A stretch of DNA of 18,171 bases from Octopus sinensis (Eukaryota): NCBI RefSeq assembly GCF_006345805.1, contig NW_021824580.1, positions 1 to 18,171 on the forward strand, read 5' to 3'. Position 1 is the stretch's first letter; each line of letters begins with the position of its first letter. Position numbers and translations under genes: made by a program. This document shows positions 10,681 to 18,171 of the stretch, piece after piece. The notes beneath the pieces were generated by a model. That model worked only from the letters and a program-made list of their open reading frames with translations, did no database searches and had not been told where the DNA came from.

Positions 10681-11169
10681 ATCCGATTGAATGTTAAAAA
10701 ACAGAGTGGATTCATTCAATAAAAGCGTGAAAGTCCATTAAAAGAAACCTACAAGATGGCGCTGAAGAAGCCTAAAAGATGGCGCAGATTAAAAAGTTAG
10801 AAACGGAACAAAGCCAAAATTAGAAACTGTCAGAATGTTGTTGTGAATATTTCGCTGCTGAGTTTGCCTTATGGAAATTATATAATAACCTGTCCGATTT
10901 GCGTGAACAAGTGCGGCGCAGGATGTCCTTACGTGAGTTCAACATGTTCGCGTTCTGCTGTGATATTAAAATCTATTCTGTTAAGCAAAAATCACAACAC
11001 AGCTTCTATCTGCTGGCGCCATGCTTGTAAGCAGGTGAGAAAGTAATGATGGAACATTTTATATTGAAACTACTGTCATTAGGTTGCCTTAATCTCTCAA
11101 TATATGTCGAAAGAGCGGTAGCAAATATCCTGTCTGTTCGAGTTGACCAAGGGATGTTTGCGTTAATAT

Positions 11170-11493
11170 GTATGCGTATCTGTGCGTGTATGTGTATATC
11201 TGTGTGTACTCACACACATACATACACATATGTATATATGTATATATACATATATATGTATATATACATATATATATATGTGCATATATATGTGTATATA
11301 TACATATACATATATGTATATATACATATACATATATGTATATATACATATATATGTATATATACATATATATATATGTGCATATATATGTGTATATATA
11401 CATAAACATATATGTAATATACATATATATGTATATATATCAATATATATCTGAATATATATGTGTATATACCCATATATAGATAAGAAAGTT

Positions 11494-11545
<52 letters not shown>
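11170..11545. repeat. Interrupted (TA)/(CA)/(TG) minisatellite-like tract followed by (TA)n
   Basis: Alternating purine-pyrimidine units such as catatatatgtatatata, with an internal duplication of about 98 bp. Confidence 0.9.
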
Positions 11546-11684
11546 ATCACATGTGTAGGACAGAGAGGAAGGGAAATGGAGATAGACTGACAGAAGAGGA
11601 AGAGAAGGGGGACAGTATTTCATGAATATAAACGTAATACACAAGATTAGTTATCTCCACCTCACTGTATATCTCTTAATGAAC

Positions 11685-11860
11685 GATATATCTATCCATC
11701 TATCTGTTTATCTATCTACCTCTATATCTATCTATCTATCTAGCTAGCTAGCTAGCTGTCTGTCTATCTATCTATGTAACTAACTATCTATGTATCCATC
11801 TATGTGTTAGATATCGATCTAGCTACCTATGTATATATATATATATATATATATAATTAT
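11685..11860. repeat. (CTAT)n/(CTAG)n/(TA)n microsatellite cluster
   Basis: tatc repeats, (CTAG)4 near 11740-11757, and a TA run at about 11833-11855. Confidence 0.85.
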
Positions 11861-12006
11861 GTGAAATAAAAGATGAATAATCTTGTAGTAGATTAACCAA
11901 AAGTTTAACCGATACCTTAGTAGCAAAATCACAGCAGTGAACAGCACGGTTGGAGGTACAACCATCTGGCGTTGCAACCGTGCGTTGGTGCGGATAATTG
12001 AAATTA

Positions 12007-12203
12007 AAACATTATTGGTGAATTGAAGAAATGGAGCTGAACGCAGATTGAACAGAAATCGTTTTATTTCATTCTACACGTGTTCGAAAGCACAAATTAC
12101 CAATCGATTTTGGTAATTTGTGCCTTCGAAACACGTGTAGAATGAAATAAAACGATTTCTGTTCAATCTGCGTTCAGCTCCATTTCTTCAATTCACCAAT
12201 AAT

Positions 12204-12207
<4 letters not shown>
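12007..12207. repeat. Near-perfect long inverted repeat (97-bp and 98-bp arms, 6-nt loop)
   Basis: 12007-12103 is the reverse complement of 12110-12207 apart from one 1-nt indel and one substitution (gtgtt-cgaaagcac vs gtgtttcgaaggcac). The loop is TCGATT. Confidence 0.97.
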
Positions 12208-12234
<27 letters not shown>

Positions 12235-12665
12235 ATGTGTGTGTGTGCATATCATATATTCATACATACATTCACGCTTACGTACATACATACATTTTTG
12301 TGTATTTATATTTTGCATATGTGCATACGTATATATGTGAGTGTGTGTGTGGGTGTGTGTGGGTGGGTATGTGTGTGTGTGTGTGTTTGTGTGTGCGTGG
12401 GTGTGGGTGTGTACATCGGGAAAATTGTGGTTAATATAAATATACACACATAATATGCATATTTAAATTTACTTGCTCTGTGTACATAAAAGCATGTTAC
12501 AGAATCGCTTATATTGTACATATATACGCATATATATATACATACATACATACAAATATATATATATATATATATATACATGCTTTTTTGTGTGCATATA
12601 GTGTGTGTGTGTGTGTGTGTGTGTGCGTGTGTGTGTGTGTGTGTGTGGTGTGTGTGTTTGTGTGT
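12208..12665. repeat. (TA)/(TG)/(CATA) microsatellite cluster
   Basis: Runs at about 12208-12410 and 12500-12665. Confidence 0.88.
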
Positions 12666-13248
12666 TGCATTCGTTTCTCCCGGTAGTTTCAAGTGATTTA
12701 ATATTTTTTTACCTTTTAAATACTCTGTGTTGTAGCGATGGGAGAAACTGCATCGACTTTGAAATTTAAATATATTTTTATACCTGATTTCATATTGATG
12801 ATGCAATTAAGATTACTTCTCTCATGTTTGTTTGATTTTCTTTTTCTTTTGTATTTGTTTCTTATTTGTTCTGTTTTCCTTTGTTTTGTTTTTTTTTCTT
12901 TTTTGCTTAAAACAAAAACATTTCTTATTTTATTTTTTTTTTCTTTTGCAGTGATTAACCACAATAATTATGTATGCATCAGTAAATATTTCGATATGTA
13001 ACACTGCCTATGTAAGTGTGCATGCGTGCGTGCGTGTGTGCCTGCGTATGTGTGCATGCATTTGTGTGTGTGTGTGAGTGCGTGTATGCGTGATTGAATA
13101 TTCATGTCGATGCAATCATAAATTTTACATTAATTCTTTCAGAATAAATGTGTTAAAAATGCTTATATTTTATAAAGTATTGCGTTGGGTGGAATTTTTC
13201 TTGTTCTTTTATTCGAGTTGTCGTCGTTGTTTTTGTCGCCAATATTTA

Positions 13249-13288
13249 TTGCTGTTGTTGTTGTTGTTGCTGTTGTTGTTGCTGTTGC

Positions 13289-13319
<31 letters not shown>

Positions 13320-13320
13320 G
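13249..13320. repeat. (GTT)n with GCT interruptions
   Basis: Directly visible. It accounts for the poly-V, poly-L and poly-T in ORFs 13078, 13163 and 13185. Confidence 0.95.
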
Positions 13321-14035
13321 CGACTATATTTTGTGTTGTTTTAAATTCTCCTTTCTTTGAAACGTCAGAATGTCGACTTGGTATCACACATTCCAACAAC
13401 AAATTGGCAAGTTCGTACGCTGAGATAAAATCTGCAATTTCTAGTCGAAGGCATTGTTGTATGGTTAAGATGATTCCCTCGCAACGATACGGTTTCGAGT
13501 TCATCTGCGCCATCGATTTTTTTTTACTCAGGGCTCGGGTCGAACAAAGCCTTATCAGAAAAATTCGGTCGAGGAAATCCCTGCGGACGAAGGACATATG
13601 GAGAGGTGCATTACGGAACGATTTATGTTTAAATATACGAGGAGGTCAAGATTAGACTGTCGTTCATTAAAGATCTGCTATAATAGTACTGATTTTGGTG
13701 TCTAACAGCGACAATTAGGCTTACAGTAGCAAACCATATTCTGGTAGAATGGGGAATCACAATGAATTTAACGAGTGTTTTTTTAGATGCTACACAAGAA
13801 CTCAGTTCCTCTTCATATCGTGAGAAAATCTGAAATTAATGTCATATTTAATACCTATTTTTTTTATTGTAAAAATTATATTCTTTACGATCGTTAAGAA
13901 CTGCTTGTTCAAAAGTTCATGAAAGAATCAACTCCCTTAATCACTGATTACAGCGACGTGATTCATAAGTGAATGTGAGGTAAAGCCATCTTATCTTACG
14001 GGTGGATAGCGCTACATACAAATCTTTAAAACAAA

Positions 14036-14042
<7 letters not shown>

Positions 14043-14081
<39 letters not shown>

Positions 14082-14112
14082 ATATATATATATTGATATT
14101 GATATTGATATT
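14043..14112. repeat. (TA)n followed by (GATATT)3
   Basis: Repeat runs are directly visible. Confidence 0.9.
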
Positions 14113-14869
14113 ATTTTATATTGCCATAGTGTAATAAATGTGCTTGGCAAGGGAATGTTGATAAAATAAAGCACAGTATAGTAGTTGGGTTGAAGAGAGA
14201 AACTATCAGCCTGATAAGGTTTGAGTAGAAAGGCGCACCTGGAAACGAAGCAGGATTTTCTGAAAGAAAATCTAGTCTTTCAGCCGCGAAGCCGTTCAGA
14301 TGAGTAATCTCAGTTGATGAATTAAAGAAATGAAAGAAAGCATTGCATGTTTAGAGAGCTGAAAAGTACCAAAGGAAATGAGTCGTGGATAAAGATCATC
14401 ACTGTAAACAGATTAACTAATTCCAGATATTATATGGGGGTTTTCTCCCTTTGTAAAGTTAGAGCAGAGAACCAAATATTGTATTTCTAACAAGCCTAGA
14501 AATATCCTGAAAATATATAATTTTAAGTTAAGATCAATTAAATAGTGAGATACTATTGATAATCCAATAATTTATTTATATTATAATATTATATGATATA
14601 CTATGAATATAACACAACAATATTATATAACATAAACAATTATTAAAGAAAACCATAAAAGACCAACAAATTGTTTCAACTGATATGCATCCACAATGAC
14701 AGTTCTCTAATACATAAGTCCCTTCAGGCTCGTGGTTTAAAGATAGTGACTTGGATGCTTAACCCCTTTCAAGGATCTATTTTCCTCAGTTTGTTACTTT
14801 AATTTTATGTAAAGATATATATTTAAGTTTTCTATGAATAAAAATGAAAGATTACCAGTAATCAGTATG

Positions 14870-15158
14870 ATAATCCTTTCTACCATAGGCATAAGGTCTG
14901 AAATATCTTAGGGGAGGACGCTAGTCATTTACAACAAGAGCAGGTATAAAAGGTAAATTCATTTACATCAAGAGCTGGTATGAAAGGTAAATTCATTTAC
15001 AACACGAGCAGGTATGAAAGGTAAATTCATTTACAACAAGCGCAGGTATAAAAGGTAAGTTCAACTTTGACAGAATATGATCTCAGAATGTAGAGACGGA
15101 CAAAATGCTACTAAGTATTCCTTTCCGGTGTGCTAACCATTCTGCCAGCCAGGCACCT
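14870..15158 (-). mobile_element. tRNA-derived SINE (family B) with an internal 34-bp tandem amplification
   Basis: Minus-strand A box TGGCAGAATGG at 15147-15137 fits TRGCNNARYGG. The body aligns with 2250-2420 and 15161-15258. The 3' end (plus strand ataatcctttctaccataggc...ctagtc) matches the recalled end of an Octopus SINE. Confidence 0.75.
14926..15066. repeat. 34-bp tandem repeat, 4 copies
   Basis: Units start at 14931, 14965, 14999 and 15033. Consensus is ACAACAAGAGCAGGTATRAAAGGTAAATTCATTT, with 2-3 differences per unit and a more divergent end on the fourth. Confidence 0.95.
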
Positions 15159-15160
15159 CT

Positions 15161-15258
15161 TAAAGTAAAGCTGACCTCGACAGGATTTGAGCTCAAGGTG
15201 TAAAGAGCGACAAAGAATTCTCCCCGACGCTCAAACGATTCTGTCATTCCACCGGCCT
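15161..15258 (-). mobile_element. Second, 3'-truncated family B SINE head abutting the previous copy
   Basis: Minus strand reads tgacagaatcgtt (A-box-like)...gagctcaaatcc (B-box-like)...gaggtcagctttacttt, colinear with the head at 15158-15045. Confidence 0.65.
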
Positions 15259-17109
15259 ATTAATCAATATTATAATATACAATTAATTCAATTATTTTCC
15301 TGCTTTGTAGAATTTGAGCTAATATACAAAACCAGATGATTAATATTCGTTTTCTACAAATTCTTAAAAGTATTTCATTCAAAGAACACAGATGGTGCTG
15401 ATCTTACTGTAATTGAAAGAACTAACAACATTGAAACGCAATGCTTTCTTCCTCTCCAGAGTTTATACTTCTACAATGATCTTAGAAGCTTAAAATGAAA
15501 TATCTTCTGATACATAATTATTTCATACGTTCGTTGCTGTGCTCTACTGTTTCCCGTAGTTCAATGATTGCCAAACCATTACCAATAGATAGTTTATTCA
15601 AGGTGTTGACTGATACGGAGACAATCTGACTGAGAGAGCATGTGCATAACTCACCGTGTCTTTCTCTGGGAATTGTGAAGTCCAGAGTAGAGTGAGAAAT
15701 GTATTCGCATATGCAATTAAATAATACACTTGCTGTATATTGTATTTCTTCTAACTGAATTCAAGAATATAAACTAGACATCTTTAGAATACGGTACAAA
15801 TAAAACAAAAACGCATTACATTATCAATGTTTGGCATTGCCAGTTAATGTATTCCGTGAAGATATTCCTCTCTCTTCCGCTTAGATTTTAAATGTCTTTA
15901 TACGCTATTCTCTTTCTCGGCAGTCACAATTGCCCACGTCAACACCATAGATTCAAGGCTATATTTATTTATCACTCATAGTAACTCTAGAATTCCCGAA
16001 ACTGGAGTCCCCAATCGCCTTTGTTCCTGTCACATGAAAAACTAAGAACATGGTGAGTGAACGTACTGTTTCTATATTTCTTTGTACATTTTATTTGATA
16101 CTTCTCTCGGTTGGTTTCCATTTCCAAACCTTTTTTCCATCAAATCAATCGTTCGTTATTCAATCGTAGATGTCTCTAAGAATCTCAATCAAAGTCATGA
16201 AGGCGATTGTTACTTTGGAGATTATAGCAATATCTATTGTCTTCACACAAGCGAATTTAAGAATAATCGATGGTTTGAAAATCCTCTATCGTCTAACATA
16301 AAGATCGGGATTAGGTTCTAGCTGGGTTTACATTCAGAAGTTTTAGGGATATAAATACGATACACTTATAAAAATATAGACGCAGCCTTAATAAAAGTCT
16401 TGAGAAGTAACTGTATTGAAGGGACAGCGAGGTAGCTACTGTAAAACTGTTGAAAATTGTGCTTGTTGGGTTGAGGGAGACTTCTTTTGGTGGTGTTGAA
16501 AGTGAGACCTCCAGTAGTGGAATTCAATAGCGATGTTAATGACAATATTCAGTGGTAACATTTGTGGAGCTGTTATGAGAAAAGTGCAGTGGGGAGATTA
16601 AAACAAATGCAAGTAGCGGGGTTGAGATTTATTTGTAATGGATGTGTTTGAGAGTTAACCCTTGTTGGTGGAAGAGACGCAACTCTGGTGGCGATGATGA
16701 GAAGCAAATTTAAGTCATTTGAGGTAATATTCAGATGTTGAGCGACAACACTTTGGTGGAGATATTGAGAAATAACAGGCTAGAAGATAAAATGCATAAA
16801 ATTCTTTAAAAAGATGTTGTCGGTCTTCAGTTGATACAGGAATGTTCTTTAACGAAGTTTTGTCGCCTTCAAGATATTCAGAAGATGGTGTTGGAGTACA
16901 AAATGATACAAGACGTCGCAAGAACTTAATTAAACCAGAAAACGCTGACATCCCGAATACGGTATAATATATATGTATATATATACGATGCTTAAAGCTG
17001 TATGGGAGAACTTATTCATGTGCGTCGTTAATGTTTACAATATATTACGTAATTTATATTAAAGTATCATAAAATAAATTTGATATCTGTGCATATGTGC
17101 TTGTATTTG

Positions 17110-17123
17110 TGTACACACATATG

Positions 17124-17164
<41 letters not shown>

Positions 17165-17230
17165 TATATACATCTATACATGTACATATGTATGTGTGTA
17201 TATATATGTATATGTATATATATATGCGTT
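17110..17230. repeat. (TA)/(TG)/(CA) compound microsatellite
   Basis: Repeat runs are directly visible. Confidence 0.92.
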
Positions 17231-17984
17231 GTAATGAGAAGATGAGAAGTAGATTAGAATTCATAGAGATAAACTGAATGGTAGATGGCTGGTGAGTCGG
17301 ATGTGTGGTTGGTAGGTTGGATGAGTAAGAGAGACACTTGATAAATCGGTAGGAACAATAGGACAGAATTTTCTATGAGATTTGTTATGATATAATAGAA
17401 GATATATAACAAATAAATTATGACAATAATCATAATAGTTGTTTATTGGAAGATCTATAGGTCGTAGTGTTAAATTTAGCGTGTTTGATATATTTAATAG
17501 TAATTTTCATCTGTTATGTATCATTACAACCATCGTCTTTGTTTTTCGCGGCAGCATTGTTTCTGGACACTTTGATTAGTTATTGAACAGCTAACAGACA
17601 TAAATTTAATACATTAAATCCAGATTTATCATTTCTTTAACACGATAATAACTTACCCTTCATATACATATATATGTTATTGCTGTCGTAATAAATTCTA
17701 TACGCGATCACTTAATTCTAAGAGAACGATAACTGTGATTTCTAACTTTGGCACAAGGCCACATATTTAAGCTATTGCTGGTGTGTGGCGGAGATGTTGT
17801 AGTTGTTGTTGGGGGAGGTCGTCGTTGTGGAGATGTAATTATGGATTTCAGGGGGTTTCCAGTAATTCACTGGTACTTAGTTAATCGATCACTTAATAAC
17901 AATGATTGGCCAAACTATTATCATAAGGGACGTAAAGTAAATTAGATGAAATATCGATTTCCATCATTATCAGTAAATGATACA

Positions 17985-18171
17985 GGTGCAGGCGTGGCTG
18001 TATGATAAGAAGTTTGCTTCCCAACCGCATGGCTCCGGGTTCAGTCCCACTGTGTGGCACTTTGTGCAGATGTCTTCTACTATATCTCCGAGCCGACCAA
18101 GTCTTTTTGAGTGGATTTCACAGACAGAAATTGAAAGAAGTCCCCCCCCCCGCATATATGTGTGTGCATGT
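17985..18171 (+). mobile_element. tRNA-derived SINE (family A), 5' part, running off the window end
   Basis: A-box-like TGGCTGTATGA near 17995 and B-box-like GGTTCAGTCCC at 18038-18048. Aligns with the reverse complement of 3236-3396. It enters a TA/TG repeat at about 18153, the same position as the internal microsatellite of the other copy. Confidence 0.85.

Noticed and set aside
42-13344. Dozens of ORFs rich in YI, HT, CV, MYVC, poly-V or poly-L
   Set aside because: They are translations of di-, tri- and tetranucleotide repeats that lack stop codons. They overlap on both strands and show no domain signal.
13460-13680. Faint resemblance to a mariner transposase N-terminus (EEIPAD, then TYGEVHYGTIYV*IYEEVK after a frameshift)
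   Set aside because: It needs a frameshift and a stop, is not colinear upstream, and has no DD34D region or TIR pair. A TBLASTX or Dfam search would be needed to revive it.
14926-15066. 34-bp repeats as a CRISPR array
   Set aside because: The units are head-to-tail with no unique spacers, there are no cas genes, and the context is eukaryotic and SINE-embedded.
16380-16965. Unique purine-rich segment including ORF 16715..16951 and a short plus-strand frame GMFFNEVLSPSRYSEDG...
   Set aside because: No recognisable domain, only short open frames, and weak splice signals.
17845-17895. ccagtaattcactggtacttagttaatcga as a further SINE fragment
   Set aside because: It resembles a recalled SINE core over only about 30 bp, and no head or tail is identifiable.
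17985-18060. tRNA gene
   Set aside because: A- and B-box-like motifs are present, but I see no convincing cloverleaf or poly-T terminator. The sequence continues into a SINE body shared with 3236-3396.

Overview
AT-rich eukaryotic DNA saturated with microsatellites, with no host gene I can recognise. The repeat families match, from memory, those of cephalopod (Octopus-like) genomes; this is an inference. Almost all ORFs in the supplied track are translations of (TA)n, (CA)n, (TATG)n or (CAA/ACC)n repeats. The real structure is mobile DNA. (1) A complete 798-bp non-autonomous Helitron lies at 1441-2238. (2) Five copies from two tRNA-derived SINE families are present. (3) A minus-strand Tx1/L1-type element at about 7900-9820 has a frameshifted ORF1 with a CCHC zinc knuckle, running in frame into a short tail that resembles the extreme C-terminus of Tx1 ORF2, with no endonuclease or RT (a candidate half-LINE). 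(4) A 201-bp near-perfect palindrome at 12007-12207 carries what looks like the 3' half of a Penelope-type minimal hammerhead ribozyme. No CRISPR array, rRNA or intact tRNA is supported. TE boundaries other than the Helitron's are approximate.
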